From NCBI GenBank assembly GCA_029027825.1, contig CP093399.1, positions 177,828 to 241,827 of the forward strand: DNA of 64,000 bases. The letters run 5' to 3'. Source of the stretch: Oceanospirillales bacterium. Lineage in GTDB: Bacteria; Pseudomonadota; Gammaproteobacteria; Pseudomonadales; Balneatricaceae. The notes beneath the pieces were generated by a model that was not told the DNA's origin, did no database searches, and saw only the letters and a program-made list of their open reading frames with translations. This document shows positions 39,705 to 49,571 of the stretch, in pieces (position 1 is the first letter of the stretch; every line of letters starts with the position of its first letter). Position numbers and translations under genes: made by a program.

Positions 39705-39778
39705 ATATAGTTAGCCCTTAACAGTGTCGATTAGCGCAGATTCCTCTAATCTCTATCTGTGGTTGATAAGGAGAAAAC

Positions 39779-40750
39779 TTGAATAACGTGAAAAAAACAG
39801 ACAGCACTCAGCTGGCGGTGCTCGAGCAGTTAGTGGCTGCCATTGGTCAGGTTCTATTAGGTAAGCAAACACAAATAAAGCTCGCACTCACTTGTATTCT
39901 GGCCAGCGGCCATCTGCTAATTGAAGACCTACCAGGTATGGGAAAAACCACACTAGCACACGCTATAGCTGACGTACTAGGACTGCGTTATAACCGAGTA
40001 CAATTTACCAGTGATTTACTGCCGACTGATTTGCTCGGGGTGTCTATTTTTAATCGCACCGAGCAAAATTTTGAATTTCATCAAGGTCCTATTTTCACTC
40101 AATTACTGCTTGCCGATGAAATTAATCGCACTACTCCTAAGACTCAAAGCGCTCTATTAGAAGCGATGGAAGAGGGGCAGGTGAGCATTGAGGGAACCAC
40201 CTATGAGCTCCCCAACCCTTTCTTTGTGATCGCCACGCAAAACCCTTCACACAATAGTGGCACATATCCACTGCCTGAATCTCAGCTAGATAGATTTATG
40301 ATGCGTATCGAGCTGGGGTATCCATCTAGAGAAGCTGAGCTGTGTATGTTGCGCAGCGTATCGAATCATGTTGGAGTTAGAAATAGAAGTAACAGTAGCC
40401 GCGCTAAAGTATCGGCATTAATTAGCCTGGATCAGCTTGAGAGTTTGCAAAACAACGCCGCTAGCGTAGTGGTGAGTGATCACTTACTTGATTATCTACA
40501 GAGGCTTATTCAATTCAGTCGTGAAGACAGTACCTTTAAATTTGGTATATCACCTCGGGGTTCAATGGCTTTACTGTGTGCTGCGAAAGCTTGGGCCTTC
40601 TTAGATAATCGCAATTATTTATTACCGGAAGATGTCCAGCAAGTGTTTGTCGCAGTGATCGGGCATCGGCTGGTTGGCGCGGCGAGCGATCAAGCTACTG
40701 GTACTTTAGCTGAATATATATTGGCCCAAGTAGATGTGTTGTATGAGTAA
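39779..40750 (+). CDS. moxR: MoxR family AAA ATPase
   Basis: HLLIEDLPGMGKT, RVQFTSDLLPTD, LLADEINR, ATQNP, PLPESQLDRF. Confidence 0.93.
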   Translation: MNNVKKTDSTQLAVLEQLVAAIGQVLLGKQTQIKLALTCILASGHLLIEDLPGMGKTTLAHAIADVLGLRYNRVQFTSDLLPTDLLGVSIFNRTEQNFEFHQGPIFTQLLLADEINRTTPKTQSALLEAMEEGQVSIEGTTYELPNPFFVIATQNPSHNSGTYPLPESQLDRFMMRIELGYPSREAELCMLRSVSNHVGVRNRSNSSRAKVSALISLDQLESLQNNAASVVVSDHLLDYLQRLIQFSREDSTFKFGISPRGSMALLCAAKAWAFLDNRNYLLPEDVQQVFVAVIGHRLVGAASDQATGTLAEYILAQVDVLYE

Positions 40751-40782
40751 GGGCTGCTCGTTTAAAAACAGACACAAAGCGC

Positions 40783-41790
40783 ATGCACTCCAGTATTAGG
40801 CAGCGATTAGTCTCCTATAAAAGTAATTTCCTAGCGCAGCGCAGGCCGCGTAAAAATCAGCATCGCCTCAAGCAAAATAACCTATTCATATTTCCCTCTA
40901 TATTAGGTGGCTGCTATTTATTACTGATCATGCTGCTGTGGCTATTGGGGACTAATTACGATAACAACCTAATTCTCGGGCTGTGTTATCTGTTATTAAG
41001 TATTATGTTGGTCAGTATTTTACACTGCTATTTTAACCTGCAGGGGCTGCAAGTTTCCAGTTGCAAAAGCAGTGCAGTGTTTTGCGGTGAATTGGCGATG
41101 ATCAAATTAAAATTTGAGCGTGCCAGCCTTAAGACACATTCTAGTATCGCGGTGAACTGGCACTCGCAAGTTCATAACGGAACTGTACAGCAGTCTGGCG
41201 AAGTTCAGATTTTAGATTGGCAAAACCGCACCACTGTGGAAGTGTTGTTTCCTGTGGTTACTATAAGCCGAGGTATCTTTCAGCCCCCTAGGCTAGCAAT
41301 TAAAAGTTATTACCCGCTCGGTTTGTTGCGATGTTGGTGTGTGTTGGCAATCGATAGCCCGGTGATTGTGTACCCTAAGCCAATCGCGGGAAATGCTGAT
41401 CAGATCGCGTCATCGGTAAGTAATAGCTCTGCTAAGCCGCGTGATACACAGGCACACGCCGCTGAACGAGAGTATCAAGATTTACAACTATATCGAGAGG
41501 GCGAACCCGTCAACCAGATTGCCTGGAAGCAATATGCACGTACTGAAGTACTGTACAAAAAAAATTATGCGTACCTGACGGGAGATCATCGCAGCTTAAG
41601 CTGGCATAACTACCCGGGTATCGCCTCGGAATTACGCTTGCAGTATCTCTGCCACCAGGCGATAAAGTTAAGCGCCTTAGGGAAAACGTTTAGCCTTGAA
41701 TTACCGGGATGTACTATTGCAATGGCTAGTGGTGAAGAACATCATCGTCAAGTTTTGCACGCCCTTGCGTTGTTTCCTGTAAATGTATAA
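40783..41790 (+). CDS. DUF58 domain protein
   Basis: RG.F...RL.I.SYYPLGL, VYPKP, EYQDL..YREGEPV.QIAWK; between moxR and the transglutaminase gene. Confidence 0.88.
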   Translation: MHSSIRQRLVSYKSNFLAQRRPRKNQHRLKQNNLFIFPSILGGCYLLLIMLLWLLGTNYDNNLILGLCYLLLSIMLVSILHCYFNLQGLQVSSCKSSAVFCGELAMIKLKFERASLKTHSSIAVNWHSQVHNGTVQQSGEVQILDWQNRTTVEVLFPVVTISRGIFQPPRLAIKSYYPLGLLRCWCVLAIDSPVIVYPKPIAGNADQIASSVSNSSAKPRDTQAHAAEREYQDLQLYREGEPVNQIAWKQYARTEVLYKKNYAYLTGDHRSLSWHNYPGIASELRLQYLCHQAIKLSALGKTFSLELPGCTIAMASGEEHHRQVLHALALFPVNV

Positions 41791-41851
41791 GCACTTATGT
41801 ATAAGCAGCTATTTAAGCAACTATGTTAAGAAACTATGTTAAGAAACTATG
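41783..41851 (+). repeat. Degenerate 12-14 bp tandem repeat (5 units) spanning the DUF58 stop to the next ATG
   Basis: atgtataagcactt atgtataagcagct atttaagcaact atgttaagaaact atgttaagaaact ATG. Confidence 0.8.
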
Positions 41852-43936
41852 AATAATCGAGGGGCAAAGCTGCGACCGGCAGATATTAATTGGCTAGCGA
41901 CAGCTCTATTACTGGCGATGCTGCCACTGCTAAATGAGCTTCCCTGGTGGATGTTGATACTCGCTGTGTTGATGTATGGCTGGCGTGTCCAAATAAATAG
42001 AAAAAAGCTGCTAAACCCTCATAAATTATTTAAGTTTGTAGTGCTCGTTATCAGCATCGCTCTACTTGCAGTTAGCACTAAAAATATATTTTCTCTGCAG
42101 AGCTTCGTTGGATTATTGACGCTAACCGCCTCGCTAAAAATCATTGAATTAGAACAGCGCAGAGACTACTTGCTACTGGTTTTTTTAGGCTGCTTTATCA
42201 GTGCAAGTCAATTGCTCTTCGACAATAGTGTGCTGGTCTTCATCTATACACTGGGCTGCTTTTTTGTATTACATTTGTGTCTGTTGCGTGCGAACTTCTC
42301 ACCACTAGTGAGTGCTTTATTACCGGCGCGAGAGCTGCGCAAAGTAATGGTGATATTTTTACAAGCGCTGCCGATTGCTGTCGTTCTGTTTCTGGTAGTG
42401 CCCAGAATTGGTGGTTTGTGGAAAGTTCCATTGAACACCGATGTAGCTAAAACAGGGGTCTCAGATAGTTTAACATTGGGTAGCATTGGCAGTTTAAATC
42501 AAGACTTTTCTCCGGCAATGCGGGTTACATTTGATGGACAGCAAAAGCCGAGCAATGCCGAACTGTATTGGCGAGGTGTAGTGCTTCCCCATTTTGATGG
42601 CCGTACTTGGTCTCGTCAAGTCCTGCAAAATTCCGCTCAACCTGCCAGCATAAAGCCTTTACCTAAGCCTCAACAACAGCAATTACATAGTTTTTCAAAG
42701 CAAGCTACGAGTACCAAATATAGTTATCAAGTGATGTTAGAAGCGACCGGGCGTCGCTGGTTGTACGTATTAAATACTGCAGTGATCGCGCCACAGAGCA
42801 GCGACTGGGATTTAACCCAAGCACCAGATTATAGTATTGCGCGCTTGACCCCGGTTGTGGACAGATATCAGTATCAGGTAGATTCTTTCCCCGAGTTTAC
42901 TGACACACGAGAGTTGAGTGCTGCGCAATACCAAACCTATACCCAGTTACCTGAGCAGTCAGATGCTAGCGGTAGTAAACCACCAACTAATATCAAAAGC
43001 CGAGCTCTCGGGCAGCAGCTGCGAGCGGAGTATCCAGAGCCAGAGGCATTAATTGCTGCGCTGATGGCGCGTTTTAATCAAGACTTTAGCTATACACTGA
43101 CTCCTGGCAAGTTAGAGTCGAAGAGTGCGATAGATGATTTTTTATTTACCACTAAGCGAGGTTATTGTGAGCACTTTGCCAGTAGCACCGCTTTTGTATT
43201 ACGAGCCGCGGGAATACCCGCAAGAATAGCAGCAGGCTATCAAGGAGGGCAGTGGAGTAGTGACAGTAGCTACTTACTAGTTACCCAAGCAGAAGCACAC
43301 GCATGGGTTGAGGTATGGCTGGCGGGAAAAGGCTGGGTCAGGTTAGACCCGACCACGGCTGTCGCCCCAGAGCGAATAGAGCTAGGTAGTTCATCCTTAA
43401 TAGCTGCATTAAATATCAACATGGGACTCGCTGTTAAACTCAATCAGCTCAGTTTGGTTAGGAAATTTCGACTGAGTTGGGATAAAGTGAATTATCAATG
43501 GCATCGCTGGGTAATAGGCTATGATAATCAACTGCAATTCTCGCTGGTTAAAAAACTGCTCGGTGGTGTCGATGCTTGGCGAATTGGGTTGCTAATCTTG
43601 CTGGTGGTAAGTGCCATATTATTGCCGGTCTTGCTAATGGCATATTGGCCGCGTCGAAAAACTCGATCAGATCCACTGTTAACCAGTTTACAAAAGCTCG
43701 ATAAAAAAATAGCTGGATTAAAAGTGTATAGACGTAAGGGAGAAACTCTGGCTGCCTTTTTAGAGCGAGCCTCTATAGTGAGCCGAGTGAATAAAAACAT
43801 CTTTAGCATCCTCGGCGATAAATTAAATAGCGCTCTGTATGGGGTGACAGCGTCTAAATTGACTGATGATGTGCCGAGAGCTCGAAAAGTAAGCTTAGAA
43901 ATAGATGCTTTAATCAAAAAAATTAAAGTCAATTGA
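41849..43936 (+). CDS. DUF3488 plus transglutaminase-like membrane protein (TgpA-like)
   Basis: Multi-TM N-terminus; LYWRG; triad motifs GYCEHFAS, AHAWVE, RLDPT. Confidence 0.9.
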   Translation: MNNRGAKLRPADINWLATALLLAMLPLLNELPWWMLILAVLMYGWRVQINRKKLLNPHKLFKFVVLVISIALLAVSTKNIFSLQSFVGLLTLTASLKIIELEQRRDYLLLVFLGCFISASQLLFDNSVLVFIYTLGCFFVLHLCLLRANFSPLVSALLPARELRKVMVIFLQALPIAVVLFLVVPRIGGLWKVPLNTDVAKTGVSDSLTLGSIGSLNQDFSPAMRVTFDGQQKPSNAELYWRGVVLPHFDGRTWSRQVLQNSAQPASIKPLPKPQQQQLHSFSKQATSTKYSYQVMLEATGRRWLYVLNTAVIAPQSSDWDLTQAPDYSIARLTPVVDRYQYQVDSFPEFTDTRELSAAQYQTYTQLPEQSDASGSKPPTNIKSRALGQQLRAEYPEPEALIAALMARFNQDFSYTLTPGKLESKSAIDDFLFTTKRGYCEHFASSTAFVLRAAGIPARIAAGYQGGQWSSDSSYLLVTQAEAHAWVEVWLAGKGWVRLDPTTAVAPERIELGSSSLIAALNINMGLAVKLNQLSLVRKFRLSWDKVNYQWHRWVIGYDNQLQFSLVKKLLGGVDAWRIGLLILLVVSAILLPVLLMAYWPRRKTRSDPLLTSLQKLDKKIAGLKVYRRKGETLAAFLERASIVSRVNKNIFSILGDKLNSALYGVTASKLTDDVPRARKVSLEIDALIKKIKVN

Positions 43937-43961
43937 TGAGACTTCTTGATAGAATCCATCT

Positions 43962-44005
43962 AACTGAACTGAACTGAACTGAACTGAACTGAACTGAACT
44001 GAACT
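43962..44005 (+). repeat. Pentanucleotide microsatellite (GAACT)8 plus partial unit
   Basis: Read directly: aact followed by eight perfect gaact units. Confidence 0.97.
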
Positions 44006-44117
44006 TATCAATATCGTTCCAATTCAGTTGAGTGCTAATAATTGACCACTATATTCAGCTGCTCTAGGGTCAATGCTTAACTAATTTTCCTCGGCCAAGT
44101 AACCATAAAGTGATGTT

Positions 44118-44618
44118 ATGAAAACGTTAATCTTAAAAGTACTATTTATTTTATCTTTAGCAGTCAGTCAGCAAGTTTTAGCCATTGATTTGCAGGCTTT
44201 TAATGGTCACAAAAGCTCACTGAGTGAGCAAATTGGCCGAGGGAAATGGTCGGTAGTGGTATTTTGGAGCCACAGTTGTGTTATTTGCCGCCGCGAAACT
44301 CCCCTGTTAAATGCCTTTTATCACCAGCATAAGAATCGAGATGCACGAGTGATTGGAGTCAGTATAGATGGCAAAAAAAACCAGCGTAAAGCCGAATTGT
44401 TTATGCGTCAAACTCAGATGGCATTTCCAACCTTTATCAGTGAATTACCGATACTTGCGATCCAGTTTCAGGCGCTAACTGGAGCTGGTTTTCGTGGCAC
44501 GCCAACATTTTTACTGTTCGATCCAAGTGGCGAATTAGTCGCAATGCAGACAGGACCGGTTAGCATGGCTGCATTGGAACGCTTTATCGGTGGCGGAGAT
44601 GTTACTGAAAAAAAGTGA
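44118..44618 (+). CDS. TlpA/redoxin family thiol-disulfide oxidoreductase
   Basis: Signal peptide, VFWSHSCVICRRE (CxxC), GTPTFLLFDPSG. Confidence 0.85.
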   Translation: MKTLILKVLFILSLAVSQQVLAIDLQAFNGHKSSLSEQIGRGKWSVVVFWSHSCVICRRETPLLNAFYHQHKNRDARVIGVSIDGKKNQRKAELFMRQTQMAFPTFISELPILAIQFQALTGAGFRGTPTFLLFDPSGELVAMQTGPVSMAALERFIGGGDVTEKK

Positions 44619-44759
44619 TAGGAGAAAATTATTCTGAAAGAAAGCGAGGGCTGAAGAGTTCCAAGTAGAGAGAGTTAATCAATGCTGTAGTTAGTGCTGT
44701 AGTTAAAGTCAGCAACACTGATTACTCTCAAATATTATAGAGCATCACACCGTGGTGAC

Positions 44760-45224
44760 TTAATAACTTACTCTAACTGTATCGCCTTGGGTAAGTACTC
44801 TGACTCTATCGTTAACGGCGAAAAAATTTGCCTGACTGATTTGCTGCACAATAGAGATTGTTTCACCGGAGTCCATACGAACAGTGATTTCTTGTCCTTG
44901 TTTGCGGGTGTACTTCTCCTCTACTTGCTGGCCTAAAATACCACCGACTACAGCGCCAATCCCCGCTGCTATATCGCTGCCACTGCCACCACCGACATTA
45001 CTGGCGATCACGCCCCCTAAAATACCTCCCGCAGCGGTACCTAACACGCCATTTTGACGGCCATCGATCACTACCGGGCGCTCAGAGACAACCCGGCCGT
45101 ATTCAACAGCTTGTACTTTTCTGGCCTCTGATGCTGAGTAATTGTCACCGGTTAAATTGTTGGCACAACCAGTCAGGAAAAAAAGTGCCGCCAGCAGTGG
45201 GTAGAGTTTGCCTTTAAATATCAT
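44760..45224 (-). CDS. slyB: Glycine-zipper outer membrane lipoprotein SlyB/Pcp
   Basis: Lipobox LTGC, GTAAGGILGG..VGGGSG...GAVVGG.LG, EITVRMDSG. Confidence 0.85.
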   Translation of the reverse strand: MIFKGKLYPLLAALFFLTGCANNLTGDNYSASEARKVQAVEYGRVVSERPVVIDGRQNGVLGTAAGGILGGVIASNVGGGSGSDIAAGIGAVVGGILGQQVEEKYTRKQGQEITVRMDSGETISIVQQISQANFFAVNDRVRVLTQGDTVRVSY

Positions 45225-45600
45225 AAATCACCTAAAAATATTGAGTTGGAATGCAGATTGGACAGTCATTAGCGCTAAACAGTCAAAAAAATTTAGCAAA
45301 TGAGAAAAATAACTAAAAAATCCTGATTAAGTATCTAAACTTAATTATTTACTGGATATTAATATACAACTGCGCTGAATTAAACCGTTAGCTTAGGGAA
45401 CTCCTGAATAAGCAGCATGCGCTCCGTAGATTTTGTCCAGAGCTGGGGAGTTAGTTGGAACGGTTGTAATTATTTAACAGCCATTTAATACTCAGTCTAA
45501 GGCTTATGTGGCAGCAATAGTATAGATGTTTCAGAGTGAATAAAAATCTATTTGCAATCAAGCTTAGATTACCCGCTGTTTTGATAAAAGGAATTAGCAA

Positions 45601-47124
45601 ATGGCACTAGCAAAAGTCTATACCCGGGCGCAAGTGGGAATTTCTGCGCCTTTGGTTGAAGTAGAAGTGCATCTATCTGCCGGTCTGCCGGCATTCCAAT
45701 TAGTCGGATTGCCTGAAGCAGCAGTTCGCGAATCTAAAGAGCGAGTGCGCAGTGCACTGCTTAATTTAGGCTTTAATTTTCCGATGAGTCGCATCACCGT
45801 TAATTTGGCCCCTGCAGACTTGCCGAAAGAGGGAGGGAGGTACGACTTGGCGATCGCGGTCGGAATATTGGCAGCTTCCCAGCAAGTTCCCGATGATTTA
45901 CTCGATCAGTGGGAGTTCATCGGTGAGCTGGCGCTGTCCGGGGACTTGCGAAAAGTGAAAGGTATTTTACCGGTGGCTATTGCCTGCCAAGCGAGCCAAC
46001 GAAAGCTGTGTCTCGCTAAACAATGTTTAAATGAAGCTGTTTTAGTGTCATCACTAGAGCTGGCCGCGGCAGAAAATTTGCTTGAAGTGTGTCAGCTACT
46101 GACTGGTCAGTTGCCGCTATTTGATTATCAATCTTATCAACCAGAGCCTCGAGAAGAGTTGCTCTCGTTAGACCTGATCGACGTAAAAGGCCAATTCCAA
46201 GCCAAGAGAGCGCTAGAAATAGCAGCAGCTGGCAGCCACCATCTACTGATGTCAGGTAGTCCTGGGAGTGGGAAAAGTATGCTGGCTGCTAGGCTGGCGG
46301 GTTTGTTGCCACCACTCAATGAAGCTGAGTGTATTGAATCGGCCGCCATTTATTCGGTGGCCGGCTTAGATACCGAGCAAGTTTGTGCGGGCATTCGCCC
46401 ATTTCGCTCACCACATCATACGGCGTCAGCAGTCTCTTTAGTCGGTGGTGGTAGTTATCCACAGCCTGGTGAGATTTCTTTAGCGCACAACGGTGTCTTG
46501 TTTTTAGATGAAGTGGTTGAGTTCTCCAGAGCTGTACTGGAAGTGTTACGAGAGCCTTTAGAGGCGGGCAAAATTCATATCTCCCGAGCGGCGCAAAAGG
46601 TCTCGTTTCCGGCACGTTTTCAATTAATCGCCGCCATGAATCCCTGTCCCTGTGGCTATGCATTGGATGCCAGTGGACTGTGTCGCTGTACCCCCGATCA
46701 AATAAAACGCTACCAAAGTAAACTCTCTGGTCCTCTGTTAGATCGTATCGATCTACATATTCAAGTTAACCCGATCCCGCCCGTAGAACTACTCGCCATC
46801 GAGCAGATAGCGGATCAAGAGAGTTCGGTCAAAATAGCCCAGCGAGTCAAAGCTAGCGTCAATACTCAGTTAGCCAGGCAAGGCTGTAGAAACGCGCATT
46901 TGGAAGGAGAGTTACTGACTAAAATTTGCGCTTTGGATGACGGTTTGCGCGATTTGCTGGCAACAGCGGCTACTAAAATGCGACTGTCTGCACGTTCTTG
47001 TAACCGAGTGTTAAAGGTTAGTCGATCAATTGCAGACCTTGAACTAAGTGAGCATATTCAGCGTCAGCATTTGCTAGAAGCTTTGAGCTATCGACAAGTA
47101 TCGGCAATAACCCCCGGCTATTAA
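45601..47124 (+). CDS. comM: ComM/YifB Mg-chelatase-like AAA+ ATPase
   Basis: VGLPEAAVRESKERVR, GSPGSGKSMLA, FRSPHHTAS, GEISLAHNGVLFLDE, AMNPCPCG. Confidence 0.93.
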   Translation: MALAKVYTRAQVGISAPLVEVEVHLSAGLPAFQLVGLPEAAVRESKERVRSALLNLGFNFPMSRITVNLAPADLPKEGGRYDLAIAVGILAASQQVPDDLLDQWEFIGELALSGDLRKVKGILPVAIACQASQRKLCLAKQCLNEAVLVSSLELAAAENLLEVCQLLTGQLPLFDYQSYQPEPREELLSLDLIDVKGQFQAKRALEIAAAGSHHLLMSGSPGSGKSMLAARLAGLLPPLNEAECIESAAIYSVAGLDTEQVCAGIRPFRSPHHTASAVSLVGGGSYPQPGEISLAHNGVLFLDEVVEFSRAVLEVLREPLEAGKIHISRAAQKVSFPARFQLIAAMNPCPCGYALDASGLCRCTPDQIKRYQSKLSGPLLDRIDLHIQVNPIPPVELLAIEQIADQESSVKIAQRVKASVNTQLARQGCRNAHLEGELLTKICALDDGLRDLLATAATKMRLSARSCNRVLKVSRSIADLELSEHIQRQHLLEALSYRQVSAITPGY

Positions 47125-49172
47125 TTACTGGGGGAGTTCTGTTTTTTTACATCATCGATTAATAAGTACTTCTGCAGTATCTTTAAGTAGTAACTCTTTT
47201 GGATGATGGCTAGCTGTTGAGCAGATAAAGGTTTTTTATGCTTACTTAATTGGGTGCTTGAGCCTGGCTTCCAGAGCAGCTGCTGTTTGCCATCGGTGCT
47301 TACACCAGTACTGAAGATATAGCCTCCTTGATCGATACTGCCATAGGCACTGTCGGCTTCTTTGTGCATCAGTGGGGTCCCGTAACCCAAATACTGTTCT
47401 CTGTTTAGTGCCAGTTCAAATAGCGTTGGAAATAAATCCTTGTGTGAACCTGGCAGTAGCTGATCAATTGCTGCCAGTTGATCGTACTGGGGCGGCAGAT
47501 AAAAATAAACCGGCACCGCATAGCGATTGTAAGCTTGATCGGCTGCTGAGTAATTTGCAAAGCCTTTCAAAACATGATCTCCAGTCGCCACTACAATGGT
47601 ATTGTCGGCAAATTTGGATTGTTTTAACCAAGTCATAAACTCACCCAATGCATTGCTTTGAAAGTGGTAACCGGTGAGTGATTGATGAGTTTTTGCGTTA
47701 TCTTTGGCAAAACCGTATTGTTCAGGGGCTAGGGGTGGCGCTAGATAATCACTGGGTAGTTTAATCGGCGGGTGATTATTGGTGGTTAGTACAAAAGAAA
47801 ACAATGGCTTTTCAGAGTTATGGTCAGTCAATTGCTTTTGTAAATACTCAAATAAATGGCTGTCATAAACCCCCCAAGGATTATCAGACTTCTGCTTGAC
47901 ATAAGCTTCGATGGTGGCTCGCCCTAAATATTGATCAAAGCCCTGTCTGGGCCAAAATTGGCCGTGTTTTCGCCAGGCGCTATTGCCGCCACTTAAAAAC
48001 AATGTCTGATAGTTTTGGCGTTTAAAAGGCAGCAAATTAGAAGTGCTAAAGCTGTACTTGCTCGCCGCCGATTGAGTAATCGGGCCTATCGGAGTATTCA
48101 GTAGTAAGCTTTCTATGGTGGGGTTAGTGCCGTATTTATCTGAAAAAAATCGCTGAAAAAAATAATCGTCAGCAATATGTTTAGCCATCTCTCCCAGTAC
48201 TTGATTTTGTGGATTGTCAGCCAGTGCTATATGGCTCGACCAGCCTTCCATCAGTACAAAAATCACATTAGGATTGGTGAATAGCGGGCCTTTATCACCA
48301 CTGGTTTTGAGTAGCGGGTGCTGTCGGTCGAAACCTGCCGCGATCTTTAATTCAGCAAGTGAGTTTAACTTTGCCGAAGCAAGTGTTTTTGCTCTGCTTA
48401 GGTTGCTAAAACTGTCGTCGTTGTAATCTTTATACGCATAGTAAAAGTGATAGGGACCGTTGAGTGCTAACGAATTGATGGTTGGATTGTCATTGATCAC
48501 TGTGGTGCGTCGTGACAGTGGGAATGTATCTAGTGAGCCTCGGCCGAATAGGCCGCACAGTATTATTAGCAATATAGTGATTAGCCAAATAAGACCCTTA
48601 TTGACGGTACTTGGCGCTAGCGGGTTGCTAACTTTAGTGGCTTTTAAAAAATATATAGCGGTGAGCAACGCTGTTACCACTGCGCTAAACATCAGTAAAA
48701 CCAGTCGCCAATCACTGAAAATACTGATCAGTACTGCGTAAGTACCATCATCTACAATGCCAAATATTAAGTTACTTATTTCGGTGCCAAAGAAAAAGTA
48801 AAAACCTATGTCTAGATAGCTAAAAAATAGGGTGATCAGCAATATCGTAAATAGTGTCAGACGCGAGTAATTTCTCAGCCAGTGCCAGCGATTGAATAGG
48901 CTGATGGGGAGTATCGGCAATAGTACAAATAAGATCAGGCAGACGGCGGATACTTTTAAATCAAAACGTAGGCCAGTGAAGAGTACCGAGGCGAGGTCAG
49001 CGGTGCTGGTATTTTGCCAATCGGCAATCAAAAATAAAATCAGCGCTCGGCAGCTGCCTAAAATGACTAGCGAAAAAGCTAAATAAATGCCGCCATTCTT
49101 TAATTGCTGTTTAAAGGGATCAATAGTTGGCAGAGTATGATTGGTTAATTTTGCTGCTACAGGCTGCTTCAA
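47121..49172 (-). CDS. LTA synthase family / sulfatase-like membrane protein
   Basis: Five N-terminal TMs, NVIFVLMEGWS, LTTNNHPP, TGDH. Confidence 0.82.
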   Translation of the reverse strand: MKQPVAAKLTNHTLPTIDPFKQQLKNGGIYLAFSLVILGSCRALILFLIADWQNTSTADLASVLFTGLRFDLKVSAVCLILFVLLPILPISLFNRWHWLRNYSRLTLFTILLITLFFSYLDIGFYFFFGTEISNLIFGIVDDGTYAVLISIFSDWRLVLLMFSAVVTALLTAIYFLKATKVSNPLAPSTVNKGLIWLITILLIILCGLFGRGSLDTFPLSRRTTVINDNPTINSLALNGPYHFYYAYKDYNDDSFSNLSRAKTLASAKLNSLAELKIAAGFDRQHPLLKTSGDKGPLFTNPNVIFVLMEGWSSHIALADNPQNQVLGEMAKHIADDYFFQRFFSDKYGTNPTIESLLLNTPIGPITQSAASKYSFSTSNLLPFKRQNYQTLFLSGGNSAWRKHGQFWPRQGFDQYLGRATIEAYVKQKSDNPWGVYDSHLFEYLQKQLTDHNSEKPLFSFVLTTNNHPPIKLPSDYLAPPLAPEQYGFAKDNAKTHQSLTGYHFQSNALGEFMTWLKQSKFADNTIVVATGDHVLKGFANYSAADQAYNRYAVPVYFYLPPQYDQLAAIDQLLPGSHKDLFPTLFELALNREQYLGYGTPLMHKEADSAYGSIDQGGYIFSTGVSTDGKQQLLWKPGSSTQLSKHKKPLSAQQLAIIQKSYYLKILQKYLLIDDVKKQNSPSN

Positions 49173-49571
49173 AATGGAGTATCCATTGCGTGGGAAAATA
49201 GCGGGCAGTATATTGGAAATTAAACTCGACTTAAACCCAGCTCAAGCCTGCAGTTAGCAATTAAGCCGTTATAATCGTCAACCGAACGGCTGGTACTCCT
49301 CTTAACTGACGAGCGAGTTGCGAGATCGGATCAAAATATCAGTGTCGGGATTACTGCTGATATAAAGATCTTAATCACCGGCGAAATTTTCAGCTAATAC
49401 GGAAAATATTTGCGCGGTACTTGATCCTCTCATTTGTACTTAAAAGAGCGCGAAGGGCTACCAGCTTGTGGCATAATGGATCTTTAATTTAGATTGTAGG
49501 TCGTTAATTAACCACTGCAGCTAAGACGATATAAACGCTGCGAATCAGGCGATAAATCAGCCGGGAATAGA

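Noticed and set aside
41783-44005. Tandem repeats considered as a CRISPR array
   Set aside because: No unique spacers, units too short, no cas genes
49173-49571. 400-bp intergenic region with small hairpins before rep, possible sRNA
   Set aside because: No recognised RNA family, terminator or repeat copy; holds two divergent promoters, which explains its length
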